The translations under genes and the position numbers were made by a program. A DNA stretch of 64,000 nt from Mobula hypostoma. Its lineage: Eukaryota. How positions within the stretch are numbered: the stretch's first letter is position 1; each line of letters begins with the position of its first letter. The stretch is from NCBI RefSeq assembly GCF_963921235.1, contig NC_086097.1, positions 30,010,001-30,074,000 on the forward strand, in the 5' to 3' direction. Below are positions 23,121-36,862 of this stretch, piece after piece. Under the pieces are notes generated by a model that did no database searches, was not told the origin of the DNA, and saw nothing but the letters and a program-made list of their open reading frames with translations.

Positions 23121-25734
23121 GGTCGCCCCTTATGCTCATTATCCCACAGGTCTTGCCAAAATCCCCTCATTTGCAACTTTGCCCTATCAGCAGCCTGTCG
23201 TTGCTAGTGGCACACTGCTTCCATTTTCCATTCCCCTGCCAAATTAGTTTAAATCCTCCCGAAAAGCTCTAGCAAATCTGCCCACAAGGATATTGGTCTC
23301 CCTTGAGTTCATCCCGTTTGTATAGGTCATACCTGCCCTAGAAAAGATCCCAATAATACAGAAATCTGAACCCCTGCCCCTGCACCATTTCCTCAGCCAT
23401 GCATTCATCCACCAAATCATCCTATACTTAGCCGCACTGGCGCATGGCACAGGTAGCAATCCAGAGATTACTACTCTGGAGGTGCTGCTTTTCAGCTTTC
23501 TACCTAGTTCCCTATAATCTCTTTTCAGGGCCTCCTCACCTTGTCTACCTATGTCATTAATGACAATATGTATCAAGATTTCTGGCCGCTCATCCTCTTC
23601 CTTTAAAATGTCGTGAACCGGATCTGAGACATCCGTGACCCCGGCACCTGGGAGGTAACATACCATCCAGGTGTCTCCATCATGTCCACAGAATCTCATC
23701 ACTATTCTTCTGACTGTAGAATCTCCTATCACTACTGCAGTCCTCGTCACCTCTCTTCTGTTCTGAGCTACAGTGCCAGATTCAATACCAGTCTTCTGCA
23801 ACCAAGGGGTGACTACCTCCCTGTAGCTCCTATCAATCATTTCCTCAGTCTCCCGTATGAGCTGAAGGTCATCGAGCAGCAACTCAGTCCCTTAACACAT
23901 TCCCTGAGGAGCTGCAGCTCGCTGCACTCGGGAGGCTGGAGGTCTCTCAGACTTTCCACATCTCACACAGTGAACAAACCACAGCCTCTGTATCCATTCT
24001 CACTGCACTAATGGTGCTCTAACAGATGTGCAATGAAGAATAAAGAAGGAGAAATTTACCAGATACTTATCTCAGCCAATCCTGATCTTGCCTGAGCATG
24101 GTGAGCCAAAGCCACTCCTTCAATAGCCCACTCACAGAATGGCTGCTCGGGTTGCCCCTGCCTTATTTTTATTCGCCCTTTCTAATGAAGCCGTTCATTG
24201 ATTGAGCACAGTCCAACTCCAAAAACTGTCACAAAGTGCAGCATTTTTTAATCTTCAGCCGGGGACCTAAGTGAAATTGTTGCCTTTTCTCATGCTCTTG
24301 TACACCGATTGGGCACAGTCGAACTCCCTTGTCTTTACGTACGTACCTGTGACGGTGCGAGAAGTGACTTCATTGTATCGCACCTTGTTCGGCGACGTAA
24401 GGTACAATGGAAAAAAATGCTTACAGTGGTATCCCAGGCACATAGATTTATAGGAAATTAAAGATTTGCTTTATTTGTCACATGGGCATTAAAACATACA
24501 GTGAAATGTATCATTAGCATAAATGATCAACACAGTCCAAAGAAGTGCTGGGGGCAGCCCACAAGTGTCACCACACTTCCTGCACCAGCATAGCATGCCC
24601 ACAACTCACTAACCCTCACCCAAAAGACCATAAGGCATACATACAGAACTAGGCCAGGTGCCCCATCGAGTCTGCTCCACCATTCCATGATGGCTGATTT
24701 ATTAACCTTCTCAACCCCACTCTCCTGTCTTCTCCTCATACCTTTTGACACCCTGATTAATCAAGAACCAGACAATTTCTGCTTTAAATATACCCAATGA
24801 CTTGGCTTCCACAGCTGAATGTGGCAATGATTTCCATAGATTCATCACCCTTGGGCAAAACAGTTCCTCCTCATCTCTGTTCTAAAGGGACATCCTTATA
24901 TTCTGAAGCTGTTCCCTCTGGTTCTAGAATCACCCTCTATAGGAAGCATGTTCTCCCCATCCGTTTTATCCACTCATCCATTCTAGGTTTCAATGAGATC
25001 CCCTCTTATTCTTCAAAACTCCAGCAAGTACAGGCCCAGAGCCATCAATCAGACCTCATGTTAATCCTTTCATTTCTGGAAGCAACGGAGACCTTTGGGA
25101 TCTGGGAGGAATTTAGAGACCCACAGGGAGAATGTGTAGACAGTGAGAACTGAACACCACTCTTCCGATCACTGGCACTTTTGCCCCCACGATATCTGTG
25201 CCAAGCAGGAGGCAAAATTAAACTAAATCTCCTGTCTGTACACGATCCATATCCCTTCATTCACTGCACATTCACGTGTCATACAGATTCTTAAACAGCT
25301 CTATGATATCTGTTTGTAATACCACCCCTGGCAGCCTGTTCCAGGCACCCACCGCTCTCCGTGTAAAATAACTTATCCCGCACATCCTATTTAAACTTTT
25401 CTCCCTCTCAACCTTAAATGCATGACCTCTAGTATTTGACATTTCAACTCTAGGGAAGTGGTTCTGACTGTCTACACTATCTATGCTCTCATGATTTTAT
25501 AAACTTCTATCAGGTCTCCCGCCAGCCTCTGCTAGCACCGAGAAAACACCCCAAGTCTGTCCAAGCACCCTTTATAACTCATGCCCTCTGATGCAGGTAG
25601 CGTTCTGGTGAACCTCCTCTGCACCTTCTCCAAAGTCTGCACAACAGCTTCTTCTCACCCACCACCAGATTTCTGGACAGATAATGAACCTATTAACACT
25701 ACGTCCTAATTTTGCTCTTTTTTTTGTATTATAA

Positions 25735-25948
25735 AGGCATCCGTTAGTCTTGCGAGACCATGGATCTGCGCCTGGAAAGTCTTCACTCTCCAGGGCGTAG
25801 GACTGGACAAGGTTGTATGGAAGACCTGCAGTTGCCCATGCTGCAAGTCTCCCCTCTCCACAACGCCAATGTTGTCCAAGGGAAGGGCATAAGGACCCAT
25901 ACAGCTTGGCGCCAGTGTCGTCGCAGAGCAATGTGTGATTAAGTGCCT
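25735..25948 (-). mobile_element. tRNA-SINE copy (5'-truncated), same family as 8000-8314
   Basis: Reverse complement closely matches 8098-8311. Confidence 0.85.
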
Positions 25949-27616
25949 TAAAAGTACATAAATACCAACATATATTTACAATTTAAAGAGCATTATAAAA
26001 AAGTGGTTTAAATTGTTTACAGGGCAGTACAATGACAGTGATACAGGAGGGTAGCGGGGGGCTAACTAGAATGATTCATCAGATTAACTTCTCGGGGAAA
26101 GAAACTTTTAAGATGGAGTGAAATTTTTGTTTTAATAACCCTATGGTGCTTTTGGAAAAGGCAGCTTGCAAGGTGGGTGGCACTTGCAGATTTTTCCTGC
26201 CCTCTTCTTTACCCTGGACACATACAAATCCTGTACTGATAGTAGACTGCAGCCAATGGCCTTTTCTGCCAAGATGGCAGTTCACTGTAGTTTGTATACA
26301 TTGTGAGAGGATGCTGCACTGAACCAGACACTAATGGCTGATATAAAGATGGCAATGTAGCATACTTAAGGTCCTTGTAGCAAGTCATAGGGACGTACAG
26401 CACAAAACACTGACCAAGAAGCCCATCTCAGCTAGCCCCATCCGCCCAGGTTTGGCCCATATCCCTCTCAACCTTTGATATTTAGTTCAAAGATTCAAAG
26501 CTTCATTTATTATTAAAGAATTACAACTCTGAAATTCTTCTTCTCTGGGCAGCCATGGAACCAAGAGAGGAAGTATGATCATCAACATCCAAAACCCTCC
26601 TCCCGCACAAAAAAAAACAAACAAGAAATGGAACAGGCACATCAATCCTCAAATCCCTCCTCCCGCACAAACAAACAAGAAAGATCAGGTGAAAAACATA
26701 GAATACTGTATAAAACACTATAAGACTAATAAAAGTCTATAGTTCAGGTCCACATCCAAAACGTAGAAAACCTGGGTAACACTCTCTGGGCACAGTGGCA
26801 GGCATTCCCGTCTCCATTAGCGGAATGATCAGAAAGGCAGGCAGCCGGCGCTCATCCTCCACTCTCACCTCGATGCTTCAGTCTCCCTCATCACTTTAAT
26901 CAGTGCACAATGGAAGCTTGAGTCAAACATCAGCTTGCACCCTGTCCCGCAGCCTAGCCACCACAAGGTCTGTGCACACTGCCTCTGTCTCCTGGAATCC
27001 CCTTGGAGACTGCAGTGTGCTGAAGCACCCAAACAATCTCCAAATTTCCACACTCACCTCGATGTTTCAGTATCCCTTGTCGATTTAATCAACGAACAAC
27101 GGAAGAGGTAATCGGTGAATTGGAGTTGAACATCAGCTCAGGCCGCGACCCGCAGCTTGCCTGCACTTGCCACCTCTGCCTCCCAGAATTCTCGGAGTCT
27201 GCAGAATTCTCTTAGAATATCTAAACAGTCTCCAAACAGCAAATCATGGGCTCCAACAGTTTCAGAGTCACATCGAAGATGGAAAACAAGCGTAACAGAC
27301 ATAAAAGAAGTGAAATATATGGTTTCATTATATATCCAGAAGATGTCAACCAAAGGAGCATAGCAGCATTTTGAATGGAAGTGCTGGTATTGGTACTGAT
27401 TTATATTTGTCACAAGTACTGTAGCAAGAGACAGTACAAGGCTTGTTGTGCATATTCTTTATACAGATTAAATCATTACACAGTGCATTGAGCTAGATTG
27501 ATCTTAGAGAAAACTAAAGTTTGACACAAAATTATGGGCTGTACTATGCTATAATATTCTACATATGCTGCTTATTCTATATTCATGTGTCTGTCTAAGA
27601 GCTTCTCCAATGTCAT

Positions 27617-30416
27617 TTTCAGGGGGATGGGAGCCAGTATGATAGAAATGAGGACGAGCCAGCAGGTTTACAAGTAGATGATGGGTGTAACACGAACGTA
27701 AGGAAGGACAAGCCAATGATTGAGTACAAATGCAGACAGAGCGAAGAGTTAAACTGTACTACAGAGGCAAAGTTCAAAAGGGCGAAGAATGCAGTACTGA
27801 AGGTGCTGTACTTAATGTGCGTAGCATTCAGAATAAGGTGGACGAACTCGTCGCGTAGTTAGAGATTGGTCAGTATGGCATTGTGGCCATCACTGAGTCG
27901 TGACTGACGGAAGGCCATTGATAGGAGCTTAACATCAAAGGGTAAAAGTTGAATCGAAAGGACAGGCAGGAAAGGCATAGACGGTGGTGTGGCTCTGCTG
28001 GTAGGAGATGGAATTACATCTTTAGAAAGAGGTGACATAGGGTCAGAGAATGTTGAATCTTTGTGGATGGAGTTCAGAAACAGCATGGGTAAAAAAAAAC
28101 ATAATGGGAGTCATATATAGACCTCCAAATAGTAGCCAAGATGTGGGGTTGAGATTGCAAAGGGAGCTGGAAAAGGCATGTAATAAGGGTGATGTCACAA
28201 TTGTAATAGGGGACTTCAATATGCAAGGGGATTGGAAAATCAGGTTGGTGTCAGAGCGCAAGAGAGGGAATTTGTTGAATGCCTACGAGATGCTTTTTTG
28301 AGCAGCTTGTGCTTGAGCCTACTCGGGGAAAGGCTATCTTAGATTGGGGCCTGTTAGGGAGGTTAATGTAAAGGAACCCTTAGGAGGCAGTGATCATAAA
28401 ATGATTAAATTCATACTGCAGTTTGAGAGGAAGTAGCATAAGTCATATGTATCGGTATCACAGTGGAATAAAGGGAATTACAGAGCCATGTGAGAGAAGC
28501 TTGCCCAGGTGGATTGGGGCTGGATACTGGTGGGGATGACGGCAGAGCAGAGATGGCTGAGGTTTCTGGGAATAGTTCACAAGGCGCACGGTAGATATGT
28601 CCCAAAGAAGTCGTCCTCAAATGGCAGGAGTAGGCATCCGTGGCTGACTAGGGAAGTTAAGGACTGCATAGAAGCCAAGGGAAGGGCATGTAAGGTAGCA
28701 AAAGTGAGTGAGAAGTTGGATGATTGGGAAGCTTTTAAAATCCAACAAAAGGCAACTAGAAAAGCCGTAAGAAGGGAAAAGGTGAAATGTGAGGGCAAAT
28801 TAGTCAATCATGTAAAGCAGGAAACTAAAAGTTTGTTCAGTTATATAAAGAGCAAAAGCGAGGCGAGAGTTGATATCAGACCACTGGAAAATGATGCTGA
28901 TGAGGTAGTGATGGGGTTCAAAGAAATGGCAAATGAACTTAATAAGTACTTTTGCATCGGTCTTCACCGTGGAAGACACTACTAGTGTGCCAGAAGTCCG
29001 TGAGTGTCACAAAGCAGAAGTGAGTGCCATTGCTATTACAAAGAAGAAAGTGCAAGGCAAACATAAAGTTCTGAAGGTGGATAAGTCACCTGGACCAGAT
29101 GGACTACACCCCAGAGTCCTAAGATAGTTTGCTGAAGAGATAACGGATGCATTGGTCATGATTTTTCAAGAACCACTTGATTCTGGCATGGTCCTGGAGG
29201 AAGTAACCAGCAGGGTGGACAACGGAGAGGCAATGGATGTCATTTACTTGGATTTTCAGAAGGCATTTGATAAGGTGGCACACATGAGGCTGCCTAACAA
29301 GATAAAATGGTATGTCCTTACTGGAAAGATACTGGCATCAATAGAGGAGTGGCTGACAGCCAGGAGTCAGCAAGTGGGAATAATGGGGTCATTTTCTGGT
29401 TGGCTGCCAGAGATCAGTGGTGTTCCTCAGAGGTCAGTATTGGGACTGCTAACTTTCACATTGTTTGTCCATGATTTGGATAATGGAATTGATGGCTCTG
29501 TGGCAAAGTCTGTGGATGATACGAAGGTAGGTGGAGGTAGGTCGTGCTGAGGAAGCAATGTAACTACCGCAGGACTTAGACAGATTGGAAGAATGGACAA
29601 AAAAGTGGCAGATGGAATACAGTGTTGGGAAATGTATGATATGCAGTTTGGTAAAAGGAACATTAGTGCAGACTATTACCTAAATAGGGAGAAAATTCAA
29701 ACATCAGAGGTGCCGAGGGTCTTAAGAGTTCTTGTGCAAGACTCCTAGAAGGTTAATTTACAGGTTGAGTCTGTGGTAAAGAGGGCAAATGCTATGTTAG
29801 CATTTATTTCAAAGAGAATTGAATATAGAAGCAAGGAGATAATGCTGGGTCTTTATAAGATACTAGTCAGGCCACACTTGGAGTATTGTCAACAGTTTTG
29901 GGCTCCATATCTCAGAAAGGAGAGATTCCAGAGGAGGATCACGAGGATGATTCCGATAATGAAGGGATTGACATATGAGGAGTATTTGGCAGCTTTGGGC
30001 CTGTACTCACTGGAATTTAGAAGAATGTGGGGGTATCTCATTGAAACCTACTGAATGTTGGAAGGACTAGATAAGGTGGATGTGGAGAGGATGTTTCCTG
30101 TGGTGGGTGTATCCAACACTAGAGCGCACAGCCTCAAATTGAAGGGCAACTTTTTAGAACAGAGGTAAGGAGGATTTTTTTTTTAGCCAGAGAGTAGTGA
30201 ACCTGTGGAATGCTCTGCCACAGGCTGCAGTGGAGGCCAGGTCCATGGGCATATTTAAAACGGAAGCTGATAGTTTCCTGATTGGTCAGGGCATCAGAGA
30301 ATATGGCGAGAAGGCAGATGTATCGGGTTGAGTGGGATCTGGGATCAGCCATGATGGAGTAGACTCGATGGGCTGAATGGCCTAATTCTGCCCCTAATGT
30401 TTTATGGTCTCATGGT
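27617..30416 (+). mobile_element. CR1 LINE ORF2 (APE-RT) and 3' UTR, decayed, with an internal deletion near 29195
   Basis: LKVLYL, GVIYRPPN, IGDFN, KSPGPDGLHPRVL, YLDFQKAFDKV, VDDTK, RPHLEYCQQFWAP. Ends in a (TTATGGTC)-like tail. Confidence 0.88.
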
Positions 30417-30697
30417 TGTATCTGCTTCCATCATCACCCTGGCAAAGCATTTCAGGCATCCACCAATCTCTATGTAAAAATCTTTCCCCACACATCTCCT
30501 TTAAAGTTTCCTCCTCACACCTTCTAGTGTCTGGTGCTCCATGTCCTGTCTGCTTAATCAGGGTGAACAGGAGACTTTCCCTTCACATTACCTGTCCTAT
30601 TCCCACCTTCTCCGCTACTGAAAACCGGTTTTCCCTCCTTCCGAGTTATGATGAAAGCCCTTAGCTCTCAACCTGGTTCTCTCTGAGAGGCCCGGAA

Positions 30698-30995
30698 AAG
30701 TGGCTATTAGCATAAGGCTTTACAGCGACCGTGGTTCAATTCCTACCACTATGTGAAAGAGGCTTGTATGTTCTCCCTGTGACCCTGTGAGTTGCCTCCA
30801 GGTGCCCTGGTTTTCTCCCACATTCCAAATATGTACAGGTTAGAGTTAGTAAGTTGTGGGCATGTTATGCTGGCGCTGGAAGCATGGTGACAGTTGTGAA
30901 CTACCTCCAGCACATCATCAGACTGTGTTGGTTGTGGACAAAAAAAAACAATGATTTCACTGCAAGTTCCGGTTTACATGTGATAAATAAAGCTA
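30698..30995 (+). mobile_element. V-SINE/HE1-like tRNA-derived SINE; further copies at ~41903-42210 (-), 45676-45935 (+) and 56078-56370 (+)
   Basis: B box GGTTCAATTCC and central domain ttgtatgttctccc...gggtttcctcc.ggtgctcc.gtttcctcccacattccaaa shared by all copies. Confidence 0.7.
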
Positions 30996-31886
30996 CACAC
31001 ACCAAGTGCTGGAGAAACGCAGCTGGTCTGGCAGCGCCTATGGAGGGAAATAAACAGTCGATGTTTCGGGCGAAGACCCTTCATCAGGACTGGAAATGAA
31101 GGGGGAAGACTCCAGTAGCCCTCCTAAGCTTCTCCTAAATTTTGCAGAAGAACCCCCATCCACCACTTCTGCTGGCAGCCCATTCCACACTCACAGCACC
31201 CTCTGAATGAAGTTTACCCTCAGGTTCTCCTTAAACAATACACTTTTCACCCTTAACCTCAGACCTCTAGTTCTAGTCTTACCCAACCTCAGTGGAAAAA
31301 GCCTACTTGCACTTACTCTACGTATACCTCATTCCCCTATGTTCCAAGGAATGAAGTCCTAACCTACTCAGCCCTTCGCTATAAATCAGGTTCTCATGTC
31401 CTGACAAATCTTCTAATACAAATCCAAACATTTGCAATTAGCTTGCTTCCGGTTGTTCATGCATAAGACGTGAATTTTTAGTTTGATTACATCAATGGTG
31501 ATTTCACAATGTGAGTGTGCATTAAAACAGGCAGGAGGTTAAGCTATGAATTTATTTTTACACTGATTGCATAAAATGTTTACTTAAAAAGGACTTCCAG
31601 CAAATGCCGAGCAGGGACTTAATGCTCAGTGAATTATTTCTTATCAAAATCAGAGACTTTTTCCCAGAACAGAAACAGCTAATCACTGTATACTTCCATG
31701 TACACATGTTAAATAAACTTCAGTCTTGAAATCTTGAATCTTTAATCTAACTTCTTGAAATGCATTAGGGACATTTCAGAGACTCTTAGATAGGCACATG
31801 GATGAATAAAAAATGCAGGATGGAGAGGTTAGATAGATCTTAGAGTAGGTTAAAAGGCCGTCACAAATTGTGGACAGAAGGGTCTG

Positions 31887-32455
31887 CAGACGTCCCACCT
31901 CTCCCGGAAGTTCTGGGAGTCTCCCGCATATTAATAGCGACTCCCTGATGCCCGCAAATTATATACAATGTCCCGGAAATCAATTTTTTTGAGAGCGAGA
32001 GAGAGAGAGAGAGAGCAAGAGAGGGAGAGCGCGAGTGAGAGAGCGATAGAGTGAGCGCGAGAGAGAGAGAGAGCGTGCGCGCGAGAGAGTGAGAGCGCAC
32101 GTGAGAGAGCGCCATGGCAGAGTGTTCCAAAAAAAAGAAAATATAAAATGTATGTCACCCCAGACTACCCTAAAGTGTACCCCTGCCTAATAGGGGTCAA
32201 AAATAATGACAGTGTTGCTCACTGCACTGTTTGCAACAGTGGCTTTTCTATTGCCCGTGGTGGGTTAAGACTGTAAAAGACATGTTGAGGTGAGTTTAAC
32301 AGGTGTCATTTGTTCAACGTTATTTAAAGCAGCTGTCTAGCTGCTAAGGAGCTACTCTATTGCAGACATCCCACCTCTCCCAGAAGTTCCGGAAGTCTCC
32401 CGCAAATTGATGATGCTACCTCCCTGAAATGAGTTTTTGCAGGGTGGGATGTCTG
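31887..32455 (+). mobile_element. Non-autonomous hAT-like DNA transposon with BED-finger exon remnant
   Basis: TIR cagacgtcccacc (31887-31899) / ggtgggatgtctg (32443-32455). 6-bp TSD ggtctg (31881-31886, 32456-32461). gccATGg at 32114 leads, across frameshifts, to ...AHCTVCNSGFSIARGGL/DCKRHVE followed by GTGAGT (32290-32295). Confidence 0.8.
31991..32110 (+). repeat. Imperfect (GA)n microsatellite inside the hAT element
   Basis: gagagcgagagagagagagagagc... seen directly. Confidence 0.9.
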
Positions 32456-35400
32456 GGTCTGTACTGTGTGGTACTGTTTAATGTTTTTAAAGCTTTAAAC
32501 ATTGTTCCTCTAAATTCTCACCGTCCGAGGGCAAAGCCTAGGGCCAAAGTCCAGAGCTGAGTGAATCCAGAGGTCAAAGACTATTATCAGCAAGTACGGA
32601 TGTAATTGTCTGCAAGTCCGGGCTGGGGACTGGTGGTTGGAGGCCCAAATCTACAGGCCTGAGGACTGGAGGCCTGGATGAGGCCTGTCCTTGGGTTGGA
32701 GGCCTATCAGTGCATATGTGTGAGCGCAGGGAGTGCGTGAGCAGAAGGGTGGAAAAGAGACTTGTTTTGTTGTTGCTGCTGCTTGTGTTGTTCTGCTGAA
32801 CACTGAACATGCTACTGTATGTGGCAACGTTTGTGGGCTGCGCTCAGCACATCCTTAGTTTGTGTTGGCACATGACGCATTTCACTATATGTTTCGATGT
32901 ACGTGTGATAAAAAGTCTGACTTTGAATTTGAATCTGACATATTCGGACTGTGTAGGTTGTTGATGCAAATGACATTTCACTGCATGCTTCAATGAACAT
33001 TTGATACATAAGTCTGAATCTGAACCTGATGTCATTGAGGCCCTCAGTGGCTCCCTCTCTCACTTGGAATTGGGACGGCTGCACTTTCAGGTCTCTCTGC
33101 AGAGGCCTGCAGTTTCCAGTGAAATACAGAAGAAGTGGGGTCTCCCTTTCAGGTAGAGCACTAGTTCGACTCCGGGATGCGAATGAGAAACAGGACAGTG
33201 ATCTGATTGTGTAACAGTTGGACAGGATATCCACTGAACAGCATCTCCCTCCCATCAATCTCACCAGCTTTTACATAAAGCATCCTATCCTGATTCATCA
33301 CTGTATGGATGATATGGTAACTGCTCTGCCCAAGACCATGGGACATGTGAGCACAATTCAGTCATTCTGCCGATTGAGTCTGCTCCACCATTTACTATCT
33401 CTCTCAGCCTCATTCTCCTGTCTTCTCCCTGTAAGCTTTGATGCCCTTACTAATCAACAATCTATCAAACTCTGCTTTAAATATACCCAATGACTTTGCC
33501 TCCATAGCCATCTGTGGCAATGAATTCCACAGATTCACCACCCCCTTGCTAAAGAAATTCCTCCTTATCTCTGTCCTAAAGGGACGTCCTTGTATTCTGA
33601 GGCTGTGCCCTTTGGTTCCTCCACTATAGGAAACATCTTCTCCATGTCCACTCTATCTAGGGTTTTCAATAGTCTACAGGTTTCATTGAGATCCCCCTCA
33701 CTCTTCAGAACTCCAGTGAGTGCAGGCCCAAAGCCATCAAATACTCCTCATACCTGGGGTCATTTCATTCATTCTCGTGAATCTCTTCAGGACCTTCTCT
33801 AATGCCAGCACATTCTCTCTTACATATGGGGCCCAAAGCTGCTCAGTGCTTCAAATGCAGTCGGATCAATGCCTTATAAAGCCTCACCAAGAAACTGCAG
33901 AGAAGACCAATCAGTCTGCCGGAGGAGCTCAGTGGGTTGACCAGCATCTGTGGGAGGGAATTAATTCCCTCAAGGCTTTAACCCAAAGAACCATCCCACA
34001 GATGCTGTTCAATCACTGAGTTCCTCCAGAAAAGTGTCCGTTGTTCCAATTTCAGCATCTGCACTCTCTGGTGTCTAAGCTCCAGAGGGTCATGAACACA
34101 GCCCTGTCCATCACACAATTCAACCACCCCCTCCATCAACTCACCTAAGAGGAAAGTTGGATCAGCCATGATAATATGGCGAAGCAGACTCGATGGGCCA
34201 AATGGCCTAATTCTGCTCCTGTGTCTTACGGTCTTATAATCAAAAACCCTTCCCTCCTGGTCATTTTCTCTTCTCCCTTGTCCCAGAGGGCAAAAGGTAT
34301 ACACAGTAAGCCTGAAGTCAGATCACCAAGCCTAAGGACAGCTTCTACCCCACTGTTATCAGACTGCTGAAGGTTTCCCTAGTAGAGATGGGGCCCAAAA
34401 CTTCTCACAGTGCTTCAAATGCTGTCTAATGTACTTGCCTGATGTGCAAATATGTTAGAAGCTTTGAAGAGATGTTTAGATAGGCACATGAAGATGCAAG
34501 GATGTAGACATTATGTAGGTAGGAGGGATTAATTTTGGGGGGGGTTGTTTACTTTTTAGTTGGTTCAGCACAACATCGTGGACTGTTTCTGTGCTGCACT
34601 GTTCTATGTTCTATATTCTATGTAGTACAATAAGATGGACTCTTGATCTCAGAATCTACTTTATTATGGGCTTGCACTTTACTGACTACCTGCACTGCAC
34701 CTTCTCTATAACTGTAACACTTTATCCTACATTCTGTTTTCTTTTGTACTACCTCGATGTACTTATGTACGGAAACATATACCTTTCACTGTATAGTGAT
34801 ACATGTGACAATAAGGATCATGGAACAACTTCATTCACCATATTTACACGTATTAGAAATGTACTGTGGTGTGTTGGTCAGGGTGTGACATACAACAAAA
34901 ACCATCAACATTCAATAATTATAAAGAATTATACTGTCTATTATACTGGTTTTTAAAAATCTAATACAGTTAGAGGTTAAGGAGAGATATGGAATAAAGT
35001 GTGCACAAATAAATAAATAAATAAATAAATACCAGCATGTATTTACAATGTGAACTGCATTACAAAAGTGGTTTGAAGTGTTTACAGTGCAGTGCAGTGA
35101 TGGGTTAATAGAGAAAGGGGGTGAGTGAGGGGCTAACTAGAATGATTGATCAGATGAAAGTCTCTGGGGAAAGAAACTTTTAATATGACATGAAGTTTTT
35201 GTTTTAATAGCCCTGTAGTACTTTCCAGAGGGAGCTTTTGGAAATGGTAGTTTCGAGGGTGGGTAGTGTCCACAATGACTTTTCCTGTGCACTTCTTTGC
35301 CTTGGACATGTACAAGTCCTGCAGCAATAGCTAAACCAACAATCAATAACATTGAACATTCCTCGACCTAATCTGCTAGGAATGTTCCTTTGGCGTGGCG

Positions 35401-36862
35401 TGAGCCTTCACTGCTATGAACACTTCCTACTTGAAGAGTTAGTTTTGAGACTCTGTTCAGGAAGGTCTGTGGATACCTGCCTACACGGCAGTCCGGTTCT
35501 ACACCAGTAACTCCGCTCTGAACCGCGGTCAGCTTTCGCTCTCTCACTTCCCACAGCAGATGTGTTTCACATTCTTAGGGAATTTTTTTTATTTTTCTTC
35601 CAACAAAACCAGCTTTTGGCTCCTAATACTCTTTGACACCAAACCCTTCCAAATATGGGAAATTGCACATTGGAAGTGCTTAAGTATTTATGTGGAAAGA
35701 GTAAGCGGCGGGGGCCAAACCAATGATGAGTAACAGTTGGCGTGATCCAGGATATTGCTGTGTCACAAAACCCATGCCGAACATAGAACATTTCGGCACA
35801 GTACAGGCCCTTGACCCACAATGTTGTGCCAACCTGTTAACCTACTGTAAGGTCAATCTAAATTTTCCCTCTATTTTTCTATCATGCATGTGTTTATGGA
35901 AGAGGAAGACGGAGGGAAAATTTACCAGAAGCTGGATTAATTGATGTTCATGCTATCAGGTTGGAGACTACCTAGACAGAATATGAAGTATTGCTCCTCC
36001 AACCTGAATTTGGCGTCAATGTGACTATAGAGGAGGCCATGGACTGACATGTTGGAATGGGAATGGGAAATTGAAAATGGCGGCCACTGGGTGATCCTGC
36101 CGTTTATTTCCATCCAGAGATATTGCCTGAACTGCTGAGTCCCTCCAGCATTTTGTGCGTGTTGCTCAAGGTTTCTAGCATCAGTAGAACTTCATGTTTA
36201 AGATTCCACCTGCTCCCTTAACTGATGTGCACCGCTTTCCACTGCATCACCTCCCATCTCCCTTGATACCTGTAGTAATCTACCAACATCTGTCTTGAGT
36301 AATGTCAGTAACCGAGCGTAATCAACAACTAAGGACAGGTTGGGAAGAAATGTTTTTACCCCATGGATGGTGAATCCTTGGAGACCACCACCCAGCCGTG
36401 TAGGGACGAAGGAATCAGAAACTCAAGATTTTGCAGAGAGATCCAGAGTAACATGCACAAAATGCTGGAGGAACACAGTAGGTCAGGCAGCATCCATGGA
36501 GAGGAAGAAACACCTAACATTTTGGGCCGAGACCCTTCATCAGAACTGGAAAGGAGGGGGTAAAAGTCAGAATAAGAAGGTGGGGAAGGAGGAGAAGGAG
36601 TACAAGCTAGAAGGTGATAGGTGAAGCCAGGTGAGGTGGAAGGTAGATGGGTGGGGGAGGGGCAGGTGAAGTGGGAAGCTGGAGGTAGATTAGTAGGTCA
36701 GTATGTTTTTGGGATTGGTGCAGGAAAGTGGAATGAAAGTGAAAAGTCACTTGATAGAGTAACCACGTCTCTAAAACAATGTAATGGTGGCATCAAAAGA
36801 CTGATGTTTATAAAATTATGAGAGGCATAGATAGACAGCCAGTATCTTTATCCCAGGGCTGA

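Larger units (their letters stand above)
12546..24360 (-). mobile_element. Long CR1 LINE (ORF1 SGNH esterase + ORF2 APE-RT), decayed and interrupted by nested insertions
   Basis: 3' tail at 12546-12696 continues at 18912. RT motifs YLDFQKAFD, PQGSVLG and FADDTK at 19585-20010. APE start [14 protein letters not shown] at ~22590. ORF1 VVIGDSTVR...LPGAGV...HIVINDIG at 23244-23882. Confidence 0.8.

Noticed and set aside
31861..32158. Ser/Leu-repeat ORFs
   Set aside because: Translation of the (GA)n microsatellite.
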